This document shows positions 25,057 through 38,219 of a stretch of DNA of 64,000 nucleotides, piece by piece. The notes beneath the pieces are model-generated. The model was given only the letters and a program-made list of their open reading frames with translations, was not told the DNA's origin and did not search any database. Both the position numbers and the translations under genes were made by a program. Source of the stretch: Lingula anatina (taxonomy: Eukaryota; Animalia; Brachiopoda); assembly GCA_051362555.1 (NCBI GenBank), contig JBPQGU010000016.1, forward strand, positions 4,898,001 through 4,962,000, in the 5' to 3' direction. How positions within the stretch are numbered: position 1 is the first letter of the stretch; every line of letters starts with the position of its first letter.

Positions 25057-26747
25057 CACTGAACACCTACAGTATAATGCGCTTAAATTACTGTTTTTTC
25101 TTTACGGTTCTGTTTGTAATAGAAATCTAGCACAGAAAAAATTACAACTTGAATGTAACATCATAAATCCTTAAAAATGGTAACAAATCCGATTGTGTTT
25201 ATTGCCAGTATGCAGCAAGATCGTTATTAAGAAATCAATAACGAACAGCTCTCAGGGGCGAATCCAGGATTTCGAAGACTAGGTGGTTAGTTTTTATTGA
25301 CCCCGCTTCTACGTGGACGGAACGGTTCATTTTTAACATTGAATAAATTAATTGAATTAATATTCATTAAAATTAAATCAAATAAAATAACGATGCATGA
25401 TGATTAGTAATGCAGGGTTTATGCCGCAAAGTCGCTTGTCAGACTACATCTAAGATGATCTCACGACATACTCGGGTATGGCTGTTTAGATGTAGGGGGT
25501 AGAGGCACTATTTGAAGGCAGCTGAAGGAAAAAATCGAAAGGAGTTCGATGGCATTTAGCATTACATGGTCCATTTCTCAGTAAAGAATACTAAATAAAG
25601 AAATTATACATACTTCAGGATGGCTCACTGCGGTTTTCGTCCACACATAGGCAACCAGTAATTCGGACTCTACTAGCGATAATGTAAACACACCTTGAAT
25701 GCCCATTTATATATTTGCTTTTCTAGTTAAACTTAGCAATGTGTATTAATTTTGTTCGAAAAAAAAGCATTCCACTGTAATTTGCGACCGCGTCCATGTG
25801 CACCAATGCAGGCCTATTCTATTTATGGAGATGGTCACATAATCAGCAAAACGGAAACTTAACTGGTACATGTACAAGTTTCGAAACAAAATGTTTGTCA
25901 AACCTTTATAATATCTAGAGCTTTTGTTGTTTGAAACATGTTTAACTAAAATGTAAGAAAAACGAAAAAAGTAAGCAGCAAGCTGGTAGGCAGTAAGTGA
26001 AAGCCTGGTCTGAACACTGAATTTCTAGGTAACCATGTATTTTTCACACCCCCTAATTTCATTTCCACAACGATCCGTGAATGAGGTTAAAAAGCAATAA
26101 CATACTTGTGTGACAGGACAAAATGCTTTGTTTATTACGCCACTTTATCTTGTCAAATGAAGCATGAATTTGAAAAACCATGAAAACTAGAGGATCAGAG
26201 AGGTGATACCGCCTGAGGGTATTGTACCACCAGCTGGAGTAAGCTCATTCGTATAGAAAAGTGAAAAAAGGGACACCACCTCCAGTGTTGTGCTTGACAA
26301 GCTCTACATGCAGTAAGCAAAAGTTCTAAATAGTTTTGTTGAAAATTACCATTTAAAACAAAATCATGAGGAAAAGTAAAAGTTTTAATTCAAATTTGTG
26401 AAGTGCAGTTCATGGCAAAAAGTAGGTCAAAGCTCAATTTCAAGAACACAGATTGTCAGCATATGACTGCCTATTCAAGTTCAATAGTGATTATGGACAT
26501 ATCTCTGGTAGTTTTGGAGATAGAAAAGTTGCAAAGTTGCGCGGCTCATTATAAAATCGCCACCTTTTAAAATTTCCAGTTGTACTAAGTGCACGTGGTT
26601 TGCAGATTAATTTTAGCCATTAAGAGCGTTAGATTGAAACCTTTTGCCGCTACAAATACAACAACTTGATTGATATCTTAGGCGATTATCAAAAACAGAC
26701 AATAGCTAGAATCACTTACCTGCTGTAGGTTACAAGGGCGACCAACC

Positions 26748-26961
26748 CAGGGGCGGGACTAGGATTATTTGAAGGGGGGTCCACGGATGCAAAACCGACC
26801 CTTATCTTAGAGGGCGAACGGTGCTATTTGGTACTTTTTAAAACTATGATTCGGCTAGAGAAAATACTTATTTCATAAGGGGACCATCGGTGTGATTATT
26901 TTCAGAAACTGAAGGGGAGGAGGTCAGGACCCCCTGACCCCCCCCTCCCAATCCACCACTG
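26748..26961. mobile_element. Degenerate MITE with related termini
   Basis: CAGGGGCGGGACTAGGA...AATCCACCACTG; flanks CAACC/CAACT (imperfect 5-bp TSD); left terminus deleted in copy 2 near 62070. Confidence 0.7.
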
Positions 26962-27567
26962 CAACTACCAATGGACCTCGGTGGACACAGGTTAATTACA
27001 TATCTGGCATTTGTGTCATAGGTTGTGCATTTAAGCTTTAAACTTAAGTTTTATAAATATTAAAGTACCTACCCTTTAACGCGAAGTAAGAATCACGGTC
27101 AGCCACCTTTGTTTATGAGACAGTAATCAGAGTTACGCCGACGACCATCACCTGATCTATTGAATTAAACGAGTGGAGTAGTAACGAACCCTTGGAACGA
27201 ATTTGAGAAATAAGCAAACCTGACTTTATCGAGTGTAGGGGAGTTCGATTTTCTAAAAAAAAGTACATTATATTTATAAAAATTCAGTCGGGGTCGAAAC
27301 TCCCCGCCCCCACCGACCCTCCTAAATCCACCACTGGCATAAATCTTTTGTCCTGTACCACCTTAACTGCGTCACGTCCAGCTCGATGTAGCGAGTCAAT
27401 AGAAATATAATTTCAATCGGTTGACGAGAGGAATTAAAGTGAAATTAATTTCTCTCTGGTTATGACACGCCAGAAGAGGGCGGGATTGGTGTAGGGGAGT
27501 TTTCGTGTCATTTAGGCGATTGACACGGTACTGTTAACACGCTTATGATTACGACTCCGTAGACGAC

Positions 27568-29760
27568 ATGGTTGATGAGTCCAGTGGAGGCGAACACTTT
27601 ACCTTGGCTGATGTAATGAAAAAAATGGAAAGTAAAAAGAAAGAGACGAAAGACTATTTCGACCAGAGACTGTCTACATTTAATGCCGAAGCCGGTAAAA
27701 ACTGAAAGTCACAATATTTATCTTGGAAAATAGAAGGTAATCACCAGCAATTTGACTCAACAGTATTTGAAAATAAGATTATTGTGGTGAACAAACTGAC
27801 AGTGCCTTACAGTCTTGGCAAGAGAAACAAACTTATCAGAATTGCTGACACTTTCGACACTGTTAAGGAACATACTGTTAATCCTCTTGCTTGTGATCCT
27901 GAGAGCGAGAGAGCTACAAAGAAAATAAAAGAAAACAAAAAGGGAGCCTAAAAAATAAGGTTATATCAGCAGACCGACCGATAGGTGTGGTGGGCGATAC
28001 TTCTCAGCGGAGAAGTCTTTATCGCAGCAGCGGGTCGTGACTTTGCTTAGCTTGTTGAGGAAAGGGCCATTTCATGCTTGAGTGACCAACTTACAGAGGG
28101 GAAAGTTATTCTACCAGAGTCCAACCCCAGAGATAAGGGAACATCTGGAATGGGATAGAAGGCGGAAGCATTGAAAAATAGATAAGTACCCGGTACATGT
28201 ATGAGTGCGTTAGTTTCAATCAAGAGTTGCATAATTATGAACATGAGCAAAATCAGAAATTCATACCCGTGAAAAGTAGGTTAAGAACCAATTTAAGTTT
28301 TTGGGAAGAAGTAGGGTACTCATTTTTTATTCTAGACTTGATAAAAATGGTTATAAATTTCCGTTTATAGCAACACCCTGTGGGATGAGGAAAGATAACA
28401 GCTTTCACCATTGAAAAATAAGTTTTTTGTTAAAAAGCTATTCTTGAATTGAAAAAGATGCCTTTGATTAAAAGGTGTAGCAAACAACCAATTGTTGATA
28501 ACCCTTAAACAGAAGCAGTGCATAGCAGTGAAAAAAATAGATTGATTTTAGATGTACGAGAAGTAAACAAACATGTCTGTAAGCAGTCTGGTAGTTACGG
28601 ACATTTGAGAACGGCTCTTATGTTTATGAATCTGTGTGGTTGGTTGATTAAATTTGATTCAGCTAATCAACATCTAGATATCTATTATCCTCATACGGAT
28701 TATTGAGGTTTTTCATGGAAAATTCAAGATCAGCAGATTTATTTTTGATTCTTAGTTCTTCCATTTGGGTTATCATTAGCACTTAATATTTTTTTCAAAA
28801 TTGACTTGGCAATTAATCAAAGAATGGTTCGATGTAATTGGATGACGGTCTGTGGTACTGCAGTAACATAGATAGATTGGAGCATCAGGGTGCTGAGATC
28901 AAAGATGATATTGCTAAGTCAGGTTTTATGTAAATATATGAGAATACTATTTGGTCGTAGGTACAGAGTCTGGCATTTATAGGCATCGAAATAGATATTA
29001 GTATTGGGGAAATCAAAGTTCTTGATATTAGATTAGCAAGTGCTAAGAGATCTGACATTATATTCGCACGAAAGTGAGCAAAGGTCTGGCTATGTCGGTC
29101 GGATTATACTATGTCTCATGTGTTGGGAAGTGTAACGCAACTAATGACAAATTATATTAGCATGGTTATTTCAAGTGCTTTTTCTTAGAATCAGAAAATG
29201 TGTGTGAAAGCATGCAGTCAAATTAGACCTTGGTGTAGTAAATCAGAATTTTACAGTTTTCACCTCAGTGCAATAAGGTAGTTTATTCTGATGCTAGTAG
29301 TACTGGGTTTGGAGGATATTGTGTGGAGACACCTAAAAGGGTGTGTTGCGGGGAATGGTCAGCTGACGAAGCGACGGAGAGCTCTACTTACAGAGAACTG
29401 ATAGCTGTTTTCAGGGTCCTGTTCTCCATGGCAAACACGTTGAGTGTTTTGAGATTGAAGTGGTTTTCTGATAGCAAAGATGTTGTAAACATTAAAGAAA
29501 AAAGTAGCATGAGGAGTAAATTACAACCTATTATTTTAGATGTTTTTCTTCTAATGGAGTTATTCAATAGAAATGAAAGGATACTGAGAGAAGAGAATAC
29601 CCATGCAGATTATATAAGTAGAAGTGTGGATGTTGACAATTGGGGTATTTCTAAAGAATTATTCTCACATTTTGATAAGATATGGGGTCCTCATGAAGTG
29701 GATTGGTTTACGTCCTGCTACAATGCTTAAGTACATATTTTTACTCTAGATTTTAGAATT
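27568..29760 (+). mobile_element. Decayed DIRS/Ngaro-type retrotransposon: gag-like ORF1, RT, RNase H and start of the methyltransferase-like domain; truncated before the tyrosine recombinase
   Basis: ORF1 motifs WKIEGNHQQF, KRNKLIRIADT, PLACDSE; RT motifs RLILDVREVNKHV, HLDIY, VLPFGLS, LDDG; RNase H motifs VYSDASSTGFGGY, SSTYRELIAV, WFSDS, NTHADYISR; then WGPHEVDWF. Many stops and frameshifts. Confidence 0.88.
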
Positions 29761-30360
29761 CAGGAACAGTGAATGGGACACGCGTCATTTACGGATCTAT
29801 CCTGGTCCTCAGATCAAATTCAGTCTCTTATTTCTACCATTGAGTTACAACAGACTCCTTGTTTCTATATTGTTTCCGACAGACTGTTCTGGTCCTTCAC
29901 CTGTAAATATCCATCATGACGTAATCAAATGTGGCACCGAAACGTGCCCTTGGCTGACTCTGTTATGGTCTCAAAATTTTTGAAGCTTTAAGCTTTTAGA
30001 TGCTACCTAGTTTCTTATTGAAAAGTCGAGATATAGAGGTGGCAATTGGCTTTTGATAAATCGGGTTAAATCGTATTAATGCCCAGTAAAAGTTCTTGAA
30101 AATATTTAGATTTCATTGGTAGGCCTCGATCCTAGCTACAGCTTTTCAAATTTACATGGCCTATTTTAAATATAATATCGTTGAGTTACAATGACAGTTA
30201 TGTATGAAAATTGTATAACGACGAGGGGGAGTATCGGTGCGCGTACAACAGTAATTTATGAATACATTTTACAGTATTATGGAATATACATGTATATTAG
30301 CGCCCGTGGTCTTATTGATCAATTAATGTGTGAATGAATAAGTCAAATCCACATGTACAT

Positions 30361-30635
30361 CTGGGGCGGATCCAGGATTTTTTGGAAGGGTGGTGGTGTT
30401 TTTTTTACGGATTGACAAGGCCTCGGAGTTCAAGGCCGACCCTCACCCCTTTGGAGTTATGTTTGGGGCACGCTCGAGGGCCACGAAAAAGGGTGTTTTA
30501 GAGGGAAAATATCTCCATTTGATACGGTTTATAACTATTATTCAGCTATAGATTTTGGGTGTAATTTTTTTTATCAGAAATCGAAGGGAGGAGGGGGTCT
30601 GGATCCCCCCTGACACCCCCTCTTTATCCGCCATG
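30361..30635. mobile_element. MITE with related termini and 5-bp TSD (TACAT)
   Basis: CTGGGGCGGATCCAGGA...TATCCGCCATG flanked by TACAT at 30356-30360 and 30636-30640. Confidence 0.75.
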
Positions 30636-32304
30636 TACATGTATTAGACCGTGAACATTCGTGAACAGTTTCAACCACAGTCCCTCGCCTGAAATGAGCC
30701 ATGCCTGTCTGTAATTTGCATAACAATTACTTGATCATCGTAGTGCGAGCTGTATTTCCGAATGCTCAGTAGGCAGTAGGACACAGCTAGGTGAAGACGC
30801 AATGTTCCACGTGCGGGTGCAGTCGCAACGCAGTCGTATGAGGCGTAGAAGCAAATGTATGTTTCGTAAGTAGCACTTTTTCTTCAGTATCGTATGTCAG
30901 TTGATAGAAAGAGAGTAGAAAAATGCAAAGAAATTTGCGACGAGTATTTACGGGTATGTTACTACTCTTTGTTGTCGCTGTCGCCTGTCGTTTCTGTTAT
31001 GCCACTCAAAATATTATTTAGCAAATTAGTAAATGGGCATATTACCACAAAGATCACGGACATATTTACATGATGGTACCGTACTTGTCACAGTTCCGAG
31101 CTTTTGATCCTAAGACAAGCGTGCCCCATGAACGATAGTCAGTTTTAGTAGGTTTGTTAATTTTATTATACATGTACCTGTAAAATGCTTGTAAGCAGTG
31201 TTGAAACACAGGGAAATGATTTATTCTAAAGCGAAATATGGTTCCCAAACGCGTGATGCAAAGCGATTTTAGATATTACAACTTTATATAGTAGGTAAAA
31301 TAAATAAATAGTGATAACCTACACAAACTAGAGGAGTGTTTTCAATATTTATTTTTTTTTCAAAGCAAGATATCTGAAATATCTTTATTACTAACTTCAG
31401 GTCTTAAATGTGGCGTTAGGCAACATAGAATCGATTGCTTTTTTGGGGTGCTATCTGAGCCTGAACTATGGACAAGTCAGATATTGTTAACATTACCTTC
31501 TTATTTCAGAAGTCCACTGAGATACTGAGAACTGCACGGCACCTGGCTGCTAGCAACCAAGCCTGTCATTCACCCTCTGGAACCCTACGCACATCCATGC
31601 ATCTTTTGTTTTAAAATTGAATAAATACGTTTGTCATTCCTTGTTTTCTTATTCACTTCCATATGAAATGATGGTAAAATATTAATAATAATAATAATAA
31701 TAGAGGGTTAGGGGTAAAATTGTAAAGATATTATTGTTTGAGCACTTTCAAATTAAATCTGCTAAAACTGATCTGTAAGCATTGTGTTTGGGATTGATGA
31801 TTTCTCCAGTAACAGAGGATGTCGTAAATCGAAAGGATTAAAAGTTTTGTTAATATGCCCAGTATTTTGTAAATAATTGAGAGCATTTTAAGAATACATC
31901 TACAGGATTTCCAACAGCCCACATTTATAAATACAATTTGTATGAATTTACGATATTGCTTTTTTAAAAATCTGTCCTACATTTTTTATAGTGAGACGGG
32001 TTTTTTAATATCTATTTATAAATTAGTTCATCCTCCCAGATAAAATTTTCTTAATTTAATATAAGTCCATATTCTAAGGGTTTTGGTTTGCTAGAGAAAA
32101 TTGTTTCAAATTTCACGACCTTCTCATCAGACGAACGCTTCAATTTTAAATTAAAACAGAAATATAAGAGATCTTGACACACTTTTGAAATGGGAACAAT
32201 GAAATTTGCTCCTCCACCCAAAACTTAGAACTGCATATTCTGATATGTTTGAAAATGTCTCATTAAAATCATAATTAAAATAAATTGATCCTTTGATATA
32301 AAGA

Positions 32305-32652
32305 AATGGACCTGTCACCCCTCAAATCGAATGGACTTGTCCCACCTGTCACCCCTCAGATGAAATGGACTCGCCCCACCTGTCACCCCTAAGATAAAAT
32401 GGACTCGTCCCACCTGTCACCCCTCAGATGGAATGGACTCGCCCCACCTGTCACCCCTAAGATGGAATGGACTCGCCCCACCTGTCACCCCTCAGATGGA
32501 ATGGACTCGCCCCACCTGTCACCCCTCAGATGAAATGGACTCGCCCCACCTGTCACCCCTAAGATGAAATGGACTCGCCCCACCTGTCACCCCTCATATG
32601 GAATGGACTCGTCCCACCTGTCACCCCTCAAATCGAATGGACTCGACCCACT
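32305..32652. repeat. Minisatellite, 34-bp unit, ~10 copies
   Basis: Unit ATGGACTCGCCCCACCTGTCACCCCT(C/A)AGATG(G/A)A starting at 32331, 32365, 32399 ... 32637, with no spacers. Confidence 0.97.
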
Positions 32653-32984
32653 TGAAAACTTTCAATGCAGGTCAGTGGTGGGTGAAAGGGTATCACGTGA
32701 TTTTCGGGAGCCAATGAAAAAAGCAGGAATTTTACACTCCGTTATAGGTAAACAAAATGGCACGTTCGACGCACCAGGGAGGATCGTTTATTTAGGAGGC
32801 ATGCACATAAATTTGGTGGGTATTTTAATAGCATTTTACTATTTACAACGATCAGTACCATCTCAACTTAACTCATGTGAAGTGATTTTCAAGTGTTTGG
32901 TCTGTTTATGTTTTTATGACAATTTAAACTAGGCATAGCTTCATATGTAGTTTGACAATTGTAAACTGAAGTTTTCACACCACA

Positions 32985-33530
32985 AGCCTTCTTTCAAGTG
33001 AAATATCTCGAAAAGCACTCGGACGATTTTTTTCCAACTTTTCAGTAATGTTGCTCATTTATTTGTCGACAAAAAGTGCCGATGGCACCCCTGGATCTTT
33101 GGAGTTATAGACGGTATAATCCTTCATACCCAATTACGACCATTCTTGTAGGAATGCGTCTTTATAATGTTAAACTCCCTCATTAAAAAGCATATATCTG
33201 AAAAAGTAAACGGTAGATTTTTTTCGAAATCTTAATCTGACGTTTTTCGTGTACCTTTTTACATAATATGTAGCCTGCAACTGACAGCACCCCTGGGTCT
33301 TGGGATATATAGACAATGCAGTGCCATGGCAAATTACGGCCATTTTTGTTTGAGTGAATTTTGGATCACGCAGACCCCGTCTTTCAAATCAAATATCTGA
33401 AAAAGCAATCGGACAATTATTTTCAAAATTGTCAGAAATGTTGCTTAGATATTGGTTAGCAAAAAGAGCCTATGGCACCCAATGGCACCCCAGGATCTTG
33501 AGAATTATAGGCTGTATATAGTGCATGCCA
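32985..33530. repeat. Degenerate ~200-bp tandem repeat, 3 copies
   Basis: ATATCT(C)GAAAA at ~33003, ~33194, ~33393 and GCACCCC(T/A)GG(A/G)TCTT at ~33085, ~33287, ~33485. Confidence 0.8.
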
Positions 33531-36347
33531 AAGTACTGTTTTGGTTATCCCACAGCCAGCATTTATAACAACAGCATAATTGCACTTGTATATCACTTAC
33601 ATGCTTGTCTGTATTTTAAAGCATAATGTGCAATCTGATCACTATACAAGCACATTCCTACAACTGTTGAAGGGCTAGTCATGGTATTAGTCAGTTACAA
33701 CTACTTGTCATTCACTGTGTATGATGTACAAGAGCCTATTATATCTCAACTGTAGCTCCATATAATAGCACTCTTTTATGCCACATACAGTAATTGGCTC
33801 AAGTACATATCAAATAAACATTTTTTTTTAAAATACTGATGATAAGTCTCATATCTTTTTCAGCATGGACTACAATTTTTATTTTTGAAATGCTGTGCAC
33901 TATAAAGGTGAGAAGTAATTCATCGGAATACCATAGTTGTAAACTTGTGACTTATGTTTCCATTGCTCATCTATTTCGTTAACATTGACAAAAACATGTT
34001 CTGTGTTTGTTTTGCCTTAACTTTCATTTTAATCTTACTATCATAAAAATTGAAATCATATTTAAGTATAATGGTAACAGGTTACCTAAAAAGTTGAAGC
34101 CTTATCCAGTTAAATAATAATAATATCAAATATAAAACATTTACTGCTTTTTAATTTCAGGGAATGGAAACAGCTTATAACCTCATAATGGGATACCGCC
34201 TATGGATTGTAGCTGAAATTAGAGACTTGAGATAACAGGAATGATGTTTTTTTATTTCCAAAATCTGTGCCTTCATGGAGTGTGACATTGTAATAAACAT
34301 GATTGCTTTTTAATTACTCAGTCATCAAATGTTAAATTAGTAGTTTGTCACAATATCAAATATTGTATTATCTGCATAGAGAATTCCCCTCATCTTTTGT
34401 AAGTTAAGTTTTGATTAATTAAGTAAAGTAAGTAGAAAGTCTCATGAACTTGGAGAAAATTAAATACTGCAGATCTTGGAAAAACTTCGTTTATTGTGAT
34501 TTCTGTCAGATATGAGGATTTGTAAATGTTGATAATACATTACATTTTCTGTCTCTTATTATATGCATTTACCATGATTTCTCACTCTGAGTAATGTACG
34601 CATCTGGCAAACTAACTTGAAATTCAAGGCATATTTTATAGTTTTAAAAAAAGTGATATTAAAATCTGACCAAGACGAATTTAAAGTAATCTGAATTCTA
34701 TCAGGATTTCAGTCTTGCCTGTGCTATGTATGTATTTGTAGGTTGTCACCCTTTTAAATCATTTAAAAAGTATTATTATATTATTTCAATATTTTGTGAA
34801 TATTTAAATGAGTTATAAAATTTATAAGAAAAATGTAAGAAATAAAATATACTGTTAATTATGTTTTTATGAAATATGTGAAATAAAAAGTTTATAATCA
34901 TATCAAAAACTTTGTCACATGCCCTTTCTTATAGTTATCTGAATTATCAACTTGTCATAATTTACTATTTTAATTTCTAGAGTTAATTATTATTCTTATT
35001 CAAACAAGAAATTATCAATTATACACAGAAAAATTAAAGTCAATAACAAATCAACACTGCCAGCAAATTTTACTCTGCCCAAGCTACAGTCACTACAGGT
35101 ATATAGGATAGTAGGCCTACACACTGACAGAGATTTGATACCTATGCCACGGTGACATTTTACAACTCTACTCGTCGGTTTGTTGATCATAAATTGCACA
35201 TTTTTTCAAGTGTTTCATTATTAGTTTGTAGCATCCATATTTATATTTATATACATTTAATACATAATGAAACAAAGTCGGCGTAACGTTACGCAAATGC
35301 CCCAATAAACAATGCATCGCACACAGTTGCGCCAACGCTTTACTGGACGAAGACGCAGGAAGACGTCGCCGGGAGCTCACTTTCGATGCACTCGGAACTA
35401 CTCGGATGTCTCCGCACTCGACAGTATGGAGCTTGCGGAATGAGTCGAGGATTGCCGATTGCTTTCGATGTTCACTCATCGACGGCAAAACGTCAAATGA
35501 CTGACGTGCGTGCGCATCTTTTGACGTATCACGTGATACCCTTCCAACCACCACTGAATGCAGGTCGTCTTCTTACAGGGTCTAGCTATCCAGTGACCAA
35601 CCAGGAGCATAGCTTGCACTGCGATGCGCGACTTTTTCTTATGCAAATTACAACTGGTACAGTGCATGGCACATTTGAGGAGTTGCTGTGGAAATTGGTC
35701 TCAAAGAACGGCGAAATTATGGAATATTATTTTACTATTGTGACAAGGCTATTACCCGCGTAGACCTATTTGTCACCATACATAATATTTTTCTAGGACA
35801 ACTAGTTTATATTAAATCAAAAACTAAAAATAGCAATGAAGATAGGTATAACAAGTAAATGATGATGCTCATACATTCGGGGAGTAGCTTTGCGTAGGAT
35901 GAAATATATTGTATTGTACGCCCCCCTGGCTGTCGATTGTAAGTAATAGACATAAACTGGCCCGCTCGAAGATTCTGCGGGTCCGTGGTCAAAGTTAAAT
36001 AAAAATAACCATGATTAAGGGAAGTTATTGAAGTTATCAATTTAAGATTTTAGAGATACTAATAAATCTTTTTTAACACTGGTCGTATTCACAAAAGATC
36101 GTAAACATTACAGAGAGAAGGAAAAGTACCCAAATGAAGGGAGGGGGGGTGTGAAGGAGCGCAATGTGAAACAAATTAATATTATGTTCTTATTTATCTA
36201 TTCAATATCATAAATAATTTGTAAAGTCTTCACTCTTGATTCAAATAAATAAAAAGCAACAATTAAAACTTGTAGTACTTGCCACAGAAGACAAACTGAA
36301 GTAAAACATTTGAAATAGCAAAAAAAGAGGAAGACAAGTAAAAAAAA

Positions 36348-36975
36348 TTAAATTCCCAAATTTTTAGAAACTAATAATCTTTCTTCGACAGTATCTTTAA
36401 CATAACCGTCTTTTGCGTTTTCAGATCGCCATCTACCGTGTTTCTTAAACAGTCTGTCTTTAGTCCCTGCATTAGAATCCAGCATATGAAATCAAACAAA
36501 CGGAAAGTACTCGGAGATCCTTCAAAGTGACTTCCGAACTCATTAAATTAGTAACCAATTGAGAAATGTGCTTAGCAGTTACAGGTTCCTTTTTTGTTAC
36601 TCTATGATCTTTCCTTCTCTGAGATGCTTCCTTCACTGCAATAACGAATTTTGACTCGCAATTTCGGATTTTTCTTACAGTTGGCTGTACCATGAAACCA
36701 TTTTAAAGTGTAAAAAGATGTCTAAACCGCAGCAGAAGAATTACAAGATTGTGACAAATTTTGAAGATAAAAAGCAACAATCGAGTCTTTCGCTGTAAAG
36801 AAAGAGGTCACACCGATCGTATTACACCGTTCAAGCCATTTTTGGAAGCCGTAAGAATATTTTCTCACTGTGTTGTCTGCTCTTGACTTCAAAATGACAT
36901 CTGGTAATGAATCTGCTAAAGCCTTCAAACTTTTATTGCTTGTAACCTCCACGTCTTGGAGGATAGCATTATCAA
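36348..36975 (-). pseudogene. Tyrosine recombinase of the retroelement, catalytic core deleted
   Basis: SRADNTVRKYSYGFQKW ... DLRVLSVCLISYAGF joins directly (~36474) to NAGTKDRLFKKHGRWRSENAKDGYVKDTVEERLLVSKNLGI-stop. Confidence 0.88.
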
Positions 36976-37169
36976 GAAAACATGAAAAAGGAAAAAAAGA
37001 AAATTTTTGAAAACAAAACTCTAGCAATCGTTCCCATAATCTCTGTTCATCCTGGACAATAATCATGTCATTGATCAATGATTGTGATCCTAATGGCTAT
37101 TTCTTCCTTTCCTTCCTTCAATGTTGCAGAACTCCATTACAGCATCTGTTGTATCAATAACCCATTGGT

Positions 37170-37265
37170 AACTAGAGCGCAGACCTCCGCCAAGGCAGCG
37201 ATTTTTGATTCTTATCCTTGTTCCACTTCGTACAGTTCCTGAAAAATTCATCAAAATCGGTCTAA
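37170..37265 (+). mobile_element. Fragment of a probable non-autonomous Helentron/HINE-like repeat nested in the retroelement
   Basis: AACTAGAGCGCAGACCTCCGCCAAGG followed by CCTGAAAAATTCATCAAAATCGGTC; recognised from memory of animal interspersed repeats; the other end is not found. Confidence 0.4.
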
Positions 37266-38219
37266 GAAATGCATAAACAAAGCCATCTCCATTATATCAA
37301 TGATCCAATGATCGTCTGTTTATCTCTCCTTCGAAGAAAGTGAGTTTTAAATTCTATAAACAGATGACCAATTATTCATCTACTTTAAATCCCTTTAAAT
37401 ATGAAAAATTTAGTCGTATTTAAAACAAATGGTCCCAAACCGGGTTTTCTGGCATCTGAATAGACCGTTTTTAACTTACTAGGCAAGCTTTGTACACGTA
37501 GACTTTTCTCATTAAAAAAAAAAAACTAAATTGTCTTTCCAAAAATTAATTCTTTAATGCAAGACATTCGTCTTTAATATTAATATCAAAATCCCAATGC
37601 TTCCTTTTCAGTATCACTGAGTATATACCTCTAGTTATTTATCTAGATACATTTCCAATCAATGGAGACATAATAATAAAATAGAAATAATTTTACCTGT
37701 AACCCTCGCCAATTGTATAGCTGTTATATACGGTATACTGAAACCAATTCGTCTAAAAGACACAGAGTATTACTAGTACATGTAGAAAGCCTTTTTTCGG
37801 GAATAAACAATCCCCTTACTTCCATGTCCCAAAAAATCCCCAACCATTCCAATTTGTTGACTGGTTCTAATTTACTTTTTTCAGCGTTTAAAACAAAATC
37901 TGCTTTAAACAGATCCATTTTAATTTTTTTAGAATGTAGTTTTAAATGTAATATATTTTTCTAGAGAATTTTCAGACAAAATACCGTCATCTAAATAAAC
38001 AACAATGGGGATTCCATTTTTCTCCAATACCCAACTAAACGTCTAAGTATTTTAGTAAAAATAAACGGTGCTGAAGAAAGGCCAAACGAAAGTACCAAAA
38101 AAAAAAAAATTCTTTCCGTTGATTTAAAAAAGTTTGAGATGCCGGAGCAATATCTAAATGGTGAATAAAAAATAAACACAACACTAAACTGCAGAATTAT
38201 CTCAACAAATATTATCTGT

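Larger units (their letters stand above)
22561..28676. repeat. Copy 1 of a segmental duplication, matching 58052-64000
   Basis: Collinear near-identical sequence at an initial offset of 35,491 bp, with scattered SNPs and a few indels. Confidence 0.98.
35850..38170 (-). mobile_element. Second decayed DIRS/Ngaro-type retrotransposon: RT, RNase H start, tyrosine recombinase with internal deletion, probable 3' non-coding end (left boundary approximate)
   Basis: RT motifs HHLDI, VLSFGLSSAPFIFTKILR, LDDG, NAEKSKLEP...LEWLG; RNase H motif VYSDA; recombinase motifs as in the next feature. Confidence 0.88.

Noticed and set aside
32305-32652. 34-bp repeat as a CRISPR array, and ORF 32564-32932 as a gene
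   Set aside because: Units are contiguous with no unique spacers, no cas genes, eukaryotic context; the ORF starts inside the repeat and has no domain.
34996-35763. Overlapping ORFs of 63-128 aa in a GC-richer patch
   Set aside because: No recognisable motifs; open frames on both strands fit a non-coding repeat fragment.
27568-38170. The two retroelement relics as halves of one inverted element
   Set aside because: Both contain their own RT and RNase H motifs with clearly different sequences.
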